From positions 10,540,001 through 10,604,000 of the forward strand of contig NC_045138.2 in assembly GCF_008831285.2 (NCBI RefSeq): a DNA stretch of 64,000 bases. The letters are read 5' to 3'. Position 1 is the first letter of the stretch. Each line of letters starts with the position of its first letter. A program made the translations under genes and the position numbers. This DNA is from Nymphaea colorata (Eukaryota). The notes beneath the pieces were generated by a model, which saw nothing but the letters and a program-made list of their open reading frames with translations, had not been told where the DNA came from and searched no databases. Shown piece by piece: positions 48,850 to 62,632 of the stretch.

Positions 48850-51844
48850 TGTGACACCCCGATCTTTTTGACCCTCAAACTATTTTTTTTTTTCTAAACA
48901 TAAAGCATCGAGGTGTGACTGCCCAACAATTCAAAAAGACGATGAGCCAAGCAATTCAAAACAATGGGGCAAGCTTTCCATTATATAGCATTTCAATTCA
49001 ATTGTACATTTGACAAAAATGCCCCAAAATCACAACATCGATGCCTCATCAAAACAAGGCATCAGTAAAACCAAAAACCCGACGCGCCGGCACTACAAGA
49101 ACAAAACAAAACCCAAAACCTCCCCAGTAGGACGTGAGTGTAGCCATCTGCTCAGCCTGCTGCCCCGGGTACACCAAAACCTGAAAAAAGGAAACAACTG
49201 AAGGCTTAGCCTTCGCAGTATGGCAACAAGCCAGGAAAAGTCCAAGCCCTCTTAGGTCGGGCTCAGTACACAAACAAACATCAGAACAATCTATCATTAT
49301 GTCGTGTCAAGACACGACATGCAGACGCCACTCAATGGCTACAATAACATAATTTCAATCACATGCAAGGCATCATCAACATGTCACTTGCATTCATAAG
49401 CACAACAGTCACATGCACAACAATCCTATATATTTCAATCACATACATTGCAGTTTCATTACTATCAGTGAATTTACAGTTCCTGTGGGTGCAAACACAG
49501 GCACGTGCACACCGCGGGCGGCCCACAGCCGAGAGACAACCCCCGTGGTGGCCCAGAACAGTATGGATCCATCTATCCGCTGCAGCGGTAGAGCACTCAT
49601 CCATGGATGTGTGAATTCCAAGGAGAGATACTCAGCCTTCCCTAGGACACCCAGGTTGGGAAGGCGGGAGCCTACGCTCCAAGCACATCACACAACAGTA
49701 CCCTGGGGCCTTGCACCGCCTGTGCTCCGAACAGGCGAGACCAGTGGCGAAAGTGGGACAACTCCCATATACATAGTCACATCCCACTGGCCTCTCATCT
49801 CTTATTCTTTCATTCTTATACTTATACTTGCACAAACACATTTAACTGGCTAGCTCCTGAGGTTGGTTCACTTCACGAGTGAACCCACACCTCCAATTGC
49901 CTCCACACGAGGGTTACACATAACCACAACAGTTTTGGCTAGCCGTCATAACAATATGGGTACAACTACCCACTGTGCAAGCAATGAGTATTCAATAAAC
50001 ATAACATTCACATTCATCATCATAACAATCACATCTTTGAAAACTTAGCCAAACCACAGAGAGTAGTCTCAATCTGTGGTGGGCTCGTAGCTGTCCTATG
50101 CAGTTATCATTCTAGAATGCTTTCTAATGCACAATTGGGGTCGAGGAGACACTCGACTCGATACCCCGCCTCATCTGTCCTAAACAGTTATCAATTCTAG
50201 CATGCACATACAATGCGTAACATTATCAAAACAATTACTATAAGCCTTTCAAAACAATTCATATCATATATCAATTTATGTACATGCATACACATATTCG
50301 TTCACGGAACACTCAATCAATTCATATCACAAATCCTAGGATCCCATGATCCTAGGAACACACATTCATTCACTTGCCCAGGCAGGGATTTGCCTGGAAT
50401 GTCGCCATACCTGTGGCGCGTTCACAAGAATCTTCAAAATGCCTCGAGCTTTGAATCCGGTAACTCAAGGTCGACGGGACGTACCCGGTGAACCTGCAGA
50501 CACAAACACAAGATAAGATTCCTACTACAAACCTCAACAATTCAAACAAAAACAAAACAAGGTCATTGAGGCACGCGTCATCGCCTCAAGAGGGTGTCGA
50601 CGGGTAGTGTCGACCCACAAGTTCTCCAATAGGGTCACTTCCCACTCCTAGCCGTGCCAATAGATGCCAAAACTCAAAGCCATCAATCCGTCTATCACTA
50701 ACGCCTTTCTCAAAATTCCCTTTTTCTTAAATCAAGGCGTCTACCCCAAAGATATTTCCAACTTATGTACGTTATCCCTATTTAACTCCAAGATGCACCC
50801 GTTCACAAAAACGCGTGCTACAGGCTCACTAAAACGGTCCTAAATCTTTCCCTCAACCTCACAAACTCTACCATGTCTCCCCTAATGCTTCGAAAATTAA
50901 TCTATCATGCTTAAATGATCATCCAAAATATGAATCTTCGCTTCCCAACATAATCGCAAGCTTTTCCCCAAAAACGAAATCACTAACATGTGTTCCAAAT
51001 AATCAATTCAAAGCTCTAGCATGCTCAACCAATAATTATGAGCGTTCCAAAGAGAAATATATCATAAAATAGGTTCAATTTCGCCTTGCTCACCCCGATT
51101 GAAGGTCTAAACTGTTGTAATCCTCCCGGCAGCCACCTCACGCGTCCAAGTGGTCCCCAAACGGCTAAAATCCTCCAATGCCGCCACTACCAAGGCCTTC
51201 TCTAATTGCTGTTACGAGGGGGAAGACAAATCCCCAAGCTGAAAACGGATCCAACAGTGATAGCATAGTGAAAATCAGTGAGAGAAAGTGCTTGATTGGA
51301 GAAAAATAGAAAACGAGCAGAAAATGGGGAGAGGGTTCGGTCAAAAGGGGAAAAGAAGGCAGTGAGGGGAGAGGACGGGAGAGAAGAGAGAGAGACGGTG
51401 GAGAGTGAGACGAGTGACAGTGGGAGAGGGAGAGTCGTTCGGTGGAGAGGGGAGACGAGAGACAGTGGGAGAGGGAGGGTCGTTCGGTGGAGAGGGGAGA
51501 CGAGAGACAGTGGGAGAGGGAGGGTCGTTCGGTGGAGAGGGGAGACGAGAGACGGTGGGAGAGGGAGAAGGGAAAGAAAACAGGAAGGAGAAGAAAAGAG
51601 AAGAGAGGAAGAGGCAGGGGACGACAGGGTTCACCTCAACGCCGCCGTCGTCGCCGCCGCCGCCGCCGTCGCCGTCGCCTTCTTCCCTGAGCTCCGGTCG
51701 TGGGTAAGGAAGAGACGGTAAGAGGAAAGCGAAGGAGAAGAGAATGCGAGGGAGGAGGGACAGCGTCGGGCTCCTCTCGCGTGGGGCTAGGGTCCGGGTC
51801 TGGACCCTGACCCGACCCGCTCCGCCCAAACGCCGCGCGTTACA
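48850..51844 (-). repeat. 5' LTR of the young element (2995 bp)
   Basis: Direct repeat of 40921-43954; adjacent to the PBS. Confidence 0.97.
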
Positions 51845-54145
51845 CTAGGTATGTATGGGAATATTTAATCATAATAGAAGCACACAGCTCTTATACTTTG
51901 ATATGTTTATATAATAACACATAGTAGAGCTGAATCTGATCTGGGTGAGGAAATTCTGAAATACTCAGTCGTCCCTTGATGACATGCAGAGCAACAGTGA
52001 GTAGCTGGACATGTTTAGAAAGGTTGGAAATAAAAATTATTTAGTGATCTTGCAGATTTGATTAAAGAACAGTAAGGTTCCCATGTTATCTACGAATTAA
52101 CCAGAAGAGATCAGTGGGATGAATCTAAAGAGATAGAATCACTCTTTTGAGTAAGGTTAGCCTAGGAAGGACATCAAAGGAATTATTGTTTTGCCTAATA
52201 CAGAAAATTCATTCAATGAGCAAAACTAACAAGAAATTGGGGAACCAGAAATAGAATCAGGATCAGAAATTTACAGAAAATTACAGGATAAGAAATGAGA
52301 ACACACCAAATAGAAGCTAGTAGAAGTCGACAATCAAACTTCTTAACATTTGGTTGAAACTCATGGCTGAAACCACCAAGCTCCGGATTAGTTAAGCTAT
52401 TATTGTAGGGTGTATGTAGTGTGTGGCTGAACGGAGAAAAATTGTAAGGAATGTGGTTTTAGAGATCGGTGTAGCAGACTTGGACATGTGGTTCTTCCTA
52501 CTAAAAGTGATAAACATGAATACAAAGGTAAGATGTTGAGAGCAACTACGGAGGACAAAGAAATTCCTGAAGAGGAGGAAACTAGAAACAACTAGAGATG
52601 TAATATTCAATAGTATATAAACCCTATAGTTCTTTAACGAAGAGCTCAGGTAACTCAAACATAGCTATCTCGTGTGCTTAAATGAAGTTGGTCAAATATG
52701 AACAAATTGTGAGGGGACGATAGCCTGAATCGTTAGTATAAAGCCATAGGGTGGTTCAGCCATAAACATATATGTATATATAAACAAGAAGATATATGAA
52801 TGTATTAGGTGTATTCCATACCAGTGGATACACATATATATGAACTGATAAAGGACCGTAAATAAACAAAGTTTGGTAGTGTATACCTGATACGTATGTT
52901 ATAGTGGTTGTCCCTAATTCTTGGGAATTGAAAGTGGTTAGACTGGTTTTGGTTTGGGATTAGGGCCTAGAGTTGGCTTTCGTGGAAGTTATTAAACTAT
53001 GTCTAGTAAGGATAACCCCCCACATGTGAATGCATAGAGGAAGACATGGACTATGTTTTATGCAATGGTACATGCGAGTGCGAGCATATGCTTTGGTCCA
53101 GTGGTTGGTACTGTCCTGGGAGATGGTGGTGTGCATGAGCTTACTATAGTCGCATACGACTCTGTTTGCATTGGATGGCCCACAGGGTAATGGTTGGCAC
53201 AAGGGCTGGGGATTTTGTTATACTTTTGTTTGGAGAGCGAGGCGTCTCCTGGTCCCTCAACCCGGGTGCCTAGAGGGGCCAGCCTACCACTTCGGGTAAC
53301 ACCGGTGGTTAGACCATGCTGCTGCAGTGGCAATCTGGGATATCTCAGGAGACTTCTCTTCAGGTTACCCTCGAACTATTTGGATCGCCTAGTGAAGATA
53401 TGTTTTGTGTTGCCTGTGAGTTGTGCCCACAGGGTTTTCTGTTGTTGGCTTGTCACGATGACCATGATCATTGTTAATAGACAACTGTTGTAATTCTACA
53501 AACATATGGAGGTCATGTACACCTCGTTCAGGATAATAACTCTAATATGCATTATGATTTGATGACTTATGGATGTTAACCATAAAGTCCTCATATGAAT
53601 TTGTTTGATATAATTGTATACGTATTTTGTCGGACCATGTTCTATTCATGGCTGGATGTTACCATACTAAGAGAAAATCTGACCCTTCTTTCCATCTCTA
53701 CAGGTAGAGCAAATTTTTAGGTTTCATAAGGAGTATGGTGGTAAGATCCTTCTTTCGTCCTCGATGATGGCCCTTGTAAGGAAGGTAAAGTAGCATATCC
53801 ATTGAAGCAGAAATCTAGAAATCATGGTGAATTTCTAGCCAGAAATGAGAATAGGATTGTGGTGGAGTTGGGAAATCCATCAGTGGATCTTGGGATGTTA
53901 ATACAGACTAATCTTCATAAAAGCAAAGACTTTTTCTTTGTAAACTATTGGCTAATTATAGGCTTATGTTATGGTTTCTTTCTTATTTCATCCCTTGAAG
54001 AGCTGAGTCTGCATTTGTGCTAGATTTGTTGTGAAGGTCGGCCTTTTTGCTTTTATTGTATTTAGGTTAACTTTTCCCTAATGAACAAATATTGTTTTTT
54101 AATAATGAAAGGGGGCCTATCCCCCAAGAAGTTGCTACTGTAAAG

Positions 54146-54149
<4 letters not shown>

Positions 54150-54197
<48 letters not shown>
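54150..54197. repeat. (TA)n microsatellite
   Basis: Uninterrupted TA run. Confidence 0.97.
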
Positions 54198-54199
<2 letters not shown>

Positions 54200-55199
54200 C
54201 AAATCATTGGAAACAACCTATATATGAATAAGTAAGCTTTGGAGGACCTTGTGAGCAATTGGCCTACATCAGCTCACATATGGCCCTAGTCAAAGTTTAG
54301 ACTTGCTTAATCTTACATATAAGGTTGACAATTATTCTATGGACTTGCTGGGTCAGATTTTTGTACCTGTATTTCAAAGATGAATTGGCCAACATAATGG
54401 TATTGTTTGGGGGAATTTGACATCCTACCATGGTTGAAGGATAAAAAACCAAAGCACCATGCTTCATCGCAAATGGTACGTAAGATATTGCCTATTTCAA
54501 TTGATTCAATTGCTCTTAAGAAGACCTAGCGTATCAGATCAAATTATTAGTGATAGTCCTTGCTCATTAACATGACAATATTGAACTCTTAATTTATATT
54601 TCTGGTGGATAAAAGTCTATGATGACTCTATTGGTGATGTATTGAGGAAATGTTTACTATATATCAAGTATTCCTTGAACAAGTTTAATGACATTTGTTT
54701 CTTGTTAGATATCTTACAAAATAATCAAAATTGCTGCCATGAACATTGTTTTTGGAACAATTGTTATGTTTTTTTAATATTCCACCTTTATTTTCAGCTT
54801 TTCATGTTGTTAGGTTCTTTTTACCTGAAATTTGATGCAATTATACCTTTCCAAATCTATGAAAATTTGTCTATGATGGACACCTAGAGCTGCTTATTCT
54901 TCTTCTTTCTATTCTCTTATTTCTCTTAGGTTTTAGTTTGGTTTTAGGTTTTCTTTTGTTGACTGGTGTAGGCTCTAGTTTCATTTTTTTTCAAGGTGAT
55001 TTTGATATTATTGGTCCGAAGTAGTGGGATTTTGAGTATGAGGGCTTGGAAGATTAGTAGAGGGAGAGAGAGATCAAAGTTCAAGTTATGTATTTAAGGA
55101 AATTGAGAAAGAGATCAACATTCCAGTTATATCTCTAAGGAAATTGAGTTCCAATGCAGATAGAGGTAAACCTTCTACATATTTGGCTAGTTATTCCTA

Positions 55200-58100
55200 A
55201 AACACTTTGTTAACATAAAGTAGAATAAAATCACACCACTACCAAGCCATCATGGTAATCTAATAATTAAAGTCGTGCTTTTTTCCATATAAACCATCCC
55301 TATCAAATGAATGATATAGCCGCAGTGCCCGATAGTAGTCAACCTAATATAAGGCATACAACATGTTTTCTTATTAGTAACTAACCTTGAGTTGATACCT
55401 ATCATTTTTATGATAATTACATGTTCCTTTGATTGTTGTTTTTCACATTTGTCATTATTTATGTATATATTATATACTTGACCTTTTTTGTCATGATACA
55501 TGTGCATCATGGTGCTACCCTTCACTTCATATGCTTAGTGCATCCTTTTGCATCAATGCACTTAACAACATTGCCTACAATATCATAAATTGGCTGATCA
55601 TTACATCTGAAACCTTCATCAAATGTCATGTGTTGCGACATATATACATGTTTGTCTTTGGATTCCAACAAGAACCCTTTGTGCTTAGCAAACACATCCA
55701 ACAGTTTTCATAAAGGAGAAATCTAGAACTGTTTTGAATAGACGCTTGTAAGGAGATATGTCATTTGACAATTTCGATGATGGTAATCGGTTTATAATGG
55801 ATGCTGCAGTCCTAAAAGCATCATCCAAACTCAGTTCCAATATTGGCACCATATGCAGCCTAAAACGGTCAACAAAAACTCAATTCCAATCTTGGGATCA
55901 TAAAGCATAGTCAAGGCTGTCTTCATGATATGTCGGTGCTCGCGCTTAGCAAGCCAATTTTTCTCTAGCATATGTGAGCACAAATACTCGGAGCACGATC
56001 CTATGCATCTTAAAAAACCATTCAAATTTACTACTACAAAATTCACCACCATTGTTAGACTGAAAAAAATTAATTGAAGTCCCAATATGCTTCTCAATAA
56101 TAGTCTTAAATTGAATACAGTAGTCATAGACATCATATTATTTTTCATAGGATATAACCACAAAAATCTGGAGAAATTGTCAACAAGAAGCAAGTAGAAA
56201 CAAAATCCTTCTCTACTTGATATCAACGATGGTCCACATACATCGTTGTAAATGATCTGTAGTGGCTGCAATGCCATAAAATCAAATGATGGAAATGGAA
56301 GCTTGTGCAACTTTCTAGCGGCACAATACTTACATTTCGATGCAGAATGCCTACCAATCTTTTATTGAAATTAGATTTGAGAACAAAGCTTTTCAAATTT
56401 CTTCAAGTTGGCGTGACCAAAATGTCTGCGCCAACATGTATATGTATCCTTTTTCTGTTGAAGCCAGCATAGCAACATTGGATTGAGCTAATTGGATAGA
56501 GCTTGGCCTTTGTCTTCCTTCTTTGAAGTCATTTTTTTCCCATTTGTCAAACCTTGATCACAAAACCATTATGAGAAAATTCAAACACACAATCATTATT
56601 AATGGTGAACTTTATTGCTAAGAGAAGATTATTTGATACTCTAGGAACATACAAAGTGTTTTTCAAAATAAATGAGGAAGATTCAGAGTGTAAAACTTGA
56701 TCACCAACATGAGCAATGACAAAGAATAGTTACTAATAAAAATAAAATCAGTACCCTAATAGATTAATTTTTTTTCCATATGCTAATCGATATGAGTGAT
56801 GTTGGTAGCACTCATATTTGGGTACCAACAATCATCTTCTTCTTGAGCATTCGTAGATGATAGGTCTTTAGATATATCCCAGCAAGTCTTCCCGAATTGT
56901 CCTTTGCATTTGGAATATTGATAGATTATAGGTGGATGTTGAGATTGAATTTGATTTTGATTGTTGTTACCCTGACTTTGTTCATTAGTTATGCTGACCT
57001 CATTTGCATCATTGAAAGGCTCAACATTGGTGTCCTTGAGCTCTAAATGTATTAAAAGCCACGTTGTATTTCGAATGTTCTCTTGCACTTTCGATTTCAT
57101 CAATGCTAAACAATGGTCTTGGTTTATGAGTAAATCATAAAGATCTAGGAAAGATGAAGAAGAGGTATTTGTATCTGCTATGAGAGTTGTAATGAAACTC
57201 TCACATTCCTCTAATAGGCCATTGAGAGCAATCTAAACAAGATCATCATTTGGTGTTTTATGTCCAACTACCTAATGAGTGTTAGCCAAATTTTTTATTT
57301 TGTTGAGAAAATTTGTCATGGACACATTTCCTTTCTTGATAAAATATAGATGTTTCTTGGGCAACATTATGTATGTAGGAGATTAAGAAGATAATTCCAT
57401 GCCTCCGTCAGTGTGTTGGTATGAATGAGTTGACTGAGAACACTTTCTCTGATTGTGGCTTTGATCCAATTGAGAGCAAGCTGATCATATTTTTGCCACT
57501 TTGTATAAGTAGGATTTGCATTCTTCTCATCCATTGTTTGCATCTCTAAAATTTCTTTTGGTTTTAGAGTGCTGCAGAAAAATGAGTTTTTGTTTTGAAA
57601 ATGAGAGAGAAAGGGACTCGCCCGTCGGTATGAGGATCGACCGTTCCCGACATCTTTACCAGGGGTAATCGATCCAAGGGCTATGATTATCCTTGATGCA
57701 TTTCATTTTAGCTTAAACATCTTTTTCATTCTATATCTGGTGTAGTGTTTGAGAAAATGTTGAAGATTTGATGTTTCAAGATTTTGAGAAAGTTTTGAAG
57801 AATCTTTTGAGAGTGTAAAACATTTTGATTTGAGAAATTTTGAATTGAGAAATCATTATAAATATCATTTGGAAAACTTTGAATATCATCTTTTGAAATC
57901 ACTTTAGTGTTTTCCTAAGACTTTAAGCAGGTTTGAGATTTTGTTCTAATTCAGTTACTACCTAGTTAGAGCTTTATTTGATCTTGCTTAAGTTCTTTAG
58001 AGAAGTGTATGTGATCATAAGTGATGTTAAGTGAGTATAAATGCCTTAGTGCATTAATGCTATATGATTAAAAGAGAATAACTCATTCCTACTATAACAT

Positions 58101-60560
58101 TCATCTAAAAGCATTCCTACCACAACATTCATCTAAGGTTTTTGTTTTTATAATTGTCATAAATATTTTTATGAAGAAAGAAAATTTTTTGAAAATGGAA
58201 TTGGGTTATACACCATCAAGCATGAATCCAATATTGGGTCATTACTTGAGTTTTGGTCTTGGTGAAGTCGGTAAATAAAAAGAACATAAAGAAAAAATAT
58301 GTTTAAAAGAATGGAAAAAATAAAGCTTGGAGCGGTTGCCAGTGGCTAAGAATATTTTTGGAAAATCAGCACCTTGAGAAGCAGCAGGGTTGACAACACC
58401 GCTTGAGCACTTGTCTATTTCCTGATACGTCTATCACAGCCGAGGAACAATGGTAGATTCCAAGGGCCAGGACTTCCTCCACAAGGCTTGGATTTGGATG
58501 CACACAGGCTCGTTGGATTTGTGGGGATGTTGAGTACGCCGAGGAGCCAAAGAGAAAGTGAATCGGCAATGGGTCTGGGTGGCAATATATGTGGAACAGG
58601 GACTAATTCTGAGGCTGTCTCTGGTTTTGCTTATTGAGTTTATTATCAAAAACAAGGGGCTGCGACCAGAAAATAGGCCGCCAGAAATCGAGAGATTCCA
58701 GCCAGCTTCGGCAGCGGATGTGGTCAAGCACCGGTCCGTTGGAAGCGCAACTCCACAACGATGCTGCCATCCGGTGAGAGGGTGCTGGTGGAGATAACAC
58801 CAAATTTTTGAAGTTGAAGGCCGAAGTCGGGGTCGCCTGTCTCTCTTGTTGTGGTTCAGCGTTCTGGCGAAAGAGGGTCAGCTTCACAACTCTACAGAAT
58901 TCTGCTCCCAGCTCGGATCTTCACGTACTATAGCTCTTGGAATAATAGCACTTAAGGGCGGATAGACCGTCCACCCAATGCCGCTACCCGCTTCTACTAA
59001 GGCTGGGCTTAAGATGAAAGAATCAAGAAGACGAAGAGCCCACTTTTGTGATTATCTGATGTTGGGATCCGAAGTGATGGCTTTTTGAACAAAGCTATAT
59101 TATGCAGTGGCATGGACAATAGTTATAGAAACATGGGACCGAAAAACCTGTGATTCCGGCTGACTCCAGTGATGATGTCTAATTAATATCTCAACCAATG
59201 GCAGTCGGTGGTAGCAGTCATGTCTAGAAGAACAGTCATTGCAGATTGTGCTTGCTCCTTCGTGCGAACAAGGGAGGGTTCTGCAAGAAGAAGACCGGCG
59301 GTAAGGAATTCTATTGATTTCAACCAACGGGGGTCATGGCACCACAGGAGTTTGAGGATCTGGTCTGAGCACTTGGAGGGCGAATGCTTGTTGGAGCAGT
59401 GGTTGGGGATTAGGAGAATCACTGGATTTTTTGGAGTATTTTGGGGGAAGAAGAGGAATCACAACATTTGTTAGCCAATGATCGAGATTTGTGGTGGTTT
59501 GGGCGCCGGAAATCCCCTCTGTTATTACAGAAATCAGTTGGATTACCACGACGATCAGAAGCTCTCTCAAACTACAATGAAGAGAGGAGATTGTATAGAG
59601 GAGAGGTTGGCTCGTGCTGATGACCATTGGAGAGGAGGACATCAGAACTTTGCTCGTAGGAAGGAGCCACCTGACAGGTTGAGTGTTGCAGACAACCAGT
59701 TGCCCACACTGCCCCTCTGTCGCTGCACGCCTTGCCCATCAGCAGTGGTCGGCCACAACAACCATGATTCAAGCCATGCCTACCAGAATCTCATGCTGCC
59801 TGCTGGTCTCCCAAGAAGGTGTGTCATAATCTTCTGCCGCCTACTGAAGCAACCCGCTAGAGGACGAAGCGTCGGGGGACAGGGGCTGTCGCATGCCAAC
59901 TCCTGTCGCTACTGGTGTGTTGTTGAGACTCTGCTCGTTGGAACTCAGGCATCGCCCGACATGATGAGTGTTGCAGCCTGCCATACGATCACTCTTCCCA
60001 TCTGAGAACCTCTCTACTGCCGGATTCTCATGCAGTCGCCAGAAGCAACAGCGATGGTGGTCGGAGGCTGCTGTGTGCCTCCTCTCCTTGTGTGAAAGGG
60101 TCGAATCGGTCGACCTGGTTTGGTTGATCATTCCTTGCAGGTGACCCGGCCATCTCGCCTGGGTCACACGATGAACCGGGTGCAATATTGGGTATGGGTT
60201 TTAAGAGACTCTGAACTTGTTTTAAATCCGATTTGGGTTCAATCAATTGTCAACTCGTTCTAGTGCGCAAGATCTAAAGTTGAGTTTCGTGTTTGGGTAT
60301 TGGAAAAATTTGGGGTGATTACACACTTATCCTTTTCAATAAACTCTTTTGGAGGATCCTCAATTCGATCTACAAGTGGCAGTAGCTCTTGGTAACAGAC
60401 TTGAGCTAACTCTTCTATAACAAATATTTTTGTTTGGTTAGTTTAATAGAGGCAAGAGTGGCGATGGCATTCCACTATGTGCCAGTGACTGAAGATGATG
60501 GAATAGCCACGATTGTGATAAGCTCTGCTCAAAGGAGCATTAAGGCACTGATACCATAAA
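55200..60560 (-). mobile_element. Decayed Ty1/Copia (gag, protease, integrase, RT fragments) with a long GC-rich leader; ends approximate
   Basis: DQLALNWIKATI gag motif ~57480; WYPNMSATN protease remnant; HKLPF...DVCGPS...YLLLVDNFSRFLWLYPMK integrase; PBS-like TGGTATCAGTGC at ~60556-60545. Confidence 0.8.
57573..58212. mobile_element. ~640-bp insertion in the Copia gag, probably an LTR fragment
   Basis: Flanks rejoin as a gag-like LDG/TLKPKE; insert ends GGGTTATACA; no clean TSD. Confidence 0.5.
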
Positions 60561-62632
60561 CAATAGACACAAGGCAAGCATGAACTCTAAGACTTAACAT
60601 TTTCCTTAGAGTGATCTTCATTATATGAAAAGGAATATGCAACTGTTACATATTTGAAGATTTCAATAATTACAACAGTGAGAAAAAATAGTGAGAAATT
60701 CATACTTAAATTACAAGATAACCACTATGATTTATTTCCTTATATGAGGATCTCATCAAATTCAAAATGATGATCTTCAGTCTATCACCTTCCATTATCA
60801 TGACACACCTTAATAGGCATAGCAGATGAAATTTTTGGCATGAACATTTTTGAGCTATTTGAGCACTATATGCATTGTGCCAAGACTTGGGGCCCAAGTG
60901 ATACGAGCCTCACAAAGGGGAACCCCAAGATGACATCCTCGCGTAAGATGTGGCTTTTCAAAACCCAGCCAATTGACTGGTGTGCAACAAGAGCAAGAAG
61001 GCTAAACAACACAAGTGAAGAAGCCAAGGCAAGCACGTTCTATGAGGCCCATCTAAGCCATCTTGCAATTCCTAGGATAGCGAATGCATAGAAGAATGTG
61101 AGAGCAGCTGCCTCAATCAGTTGTATGATAACTATAGAAGTCCTCCATTTGTGCTCACCCCTCATTGGCATCACCAACAGGCAACTATGAGAAGTCAACC
61201 CCATAGTTCTCTTGTCTAGCAAATTTTATTTAGATGTTCAAAATCTCTAAAACCACTATGATTCAAACCTTATCTAAGAGAGGAACTCTGTGGTTCACAA
61301 CACCTGAACTACAATTGGTATTTTCTTTGGAAATTTTGTTCTAAAAGATGTTCTCAAATGTAAAATACATGTAAACTAGATACCAAATAACAAGAACTGG
61401 CTTGTGCTAGTGATCAAGATCAAGTTGAATACATGGAACATCATTAAGGCACAAATACTATTGAATGATGTCTCCCTTTATTGATACTTCAAAGAATAAT
61501 AAAAGTTACATACCCAAATTATAATACAACCCTACAAGAAGGAAAGAAGAAAAAACAAAATCCTAGAACGTGCTAATCTTTAAAATATATGATCAAATAA
61601 AGTTTATAAGTCAATTGCTAATAAGCTTTACCTTATTTGCCCACCCCCTTGTCCGCATTAAAAAACCTATAAAAATAAATTAATATCCTATCTAACACTA
61701 AGAAACATGTTATAGGATGTAATAAAAGTTGAGCAACAAGTTCAAAAATAAACTTCATTAACTAAGCTAGAACAGTGCATCTAGACATGCCTATAACTAT
61801 GTCTACTTCTAAGAAACAACTAAGAAACCGAAGAGACTAATCTACTCTCTAATTAACCTTTACTCTAATTTTTTAACTAACTTACTGGTAATCACAAGAT
61901 CGACTATTCTAAATTAAAACAACCAAATAAACTTGAATAATGTATTAAAGAGGAACTAAATGTCACACATAAATCATATTAACCAGCCTAAACCAATGCA
62001 TAAAGTACCTAATCATGGCAGGTTTTTTAAATTAATTTGCAGAAATGAATGGGTAACATAGTCCAATTGATCTGATTGGTCTTAAATTTCTTAACACACT
62101 AAAAAAACCCAATATACAAAAATGACACTTGGTTGCTACAAGGAACAAAATTCACAAAAAACTATTTTTTAATTATGGGTAAAAACCTAACCACATAAAC
62201 TCTGTATGAAATTTGATAGGCAAATAAGCAAGCAACAAAACTCTTAGGCTCAAATTTAGAAAAATTTCACATAAAATAACAACCCAAGTTTGGCACTTAT
62301 ATCAATTTTTGTTATTGTCACTAGATTTTGATCTATTTTAACTACAATATACTTCTATGCTAATCATTGACCAAAAATAATAATAGAGCTATGACTGGTC
62401 TTCCACAATCTAAAGTAAGAATTAACACCAAGTAATAGACAATGAATAACAATAAAGCAACCTACTATACCATGGTAAATTAATTAAGCTAACTTCGCAA
62501 AAATTTAATACGAGAATTCACTAAGGCAACTGAACAATCGACACATCAATATGCAAAGAAAACAACCAAAACAACAATAATAAAGAAGATAGGCTAGCTA
62601 TAGAAACAATAAGACAATCAAATACTTCTGAC

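Larger units (their letters stand above)
40921..51844 (-). mobile_element. Young intact Ty3/Gypsy chromovirus (Tekay/Del-like), 10924 bp
   Basis: TG...CA ends; 5-bp TSD CTAGG (40916-40920, 51845-51849); near-identical LTRs; Met PBS; PPT; uninterrupted gag-pol. Confidence 0.98.
31730..53682 (+). mobile_element. Older Ty3/Gypsy chromovirus (Tekay/Del-like); 3' LTR split by a nested insertion and truncated
   Basis: 5' LTR 31730-34971 (TG...CA); Met PBS; degenerate gag-pol; PPT AGGAGTGAAGGA at 39570-39581; 3' LTR 39582-40920 plus 51850-53682. Confidence 0.93.
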
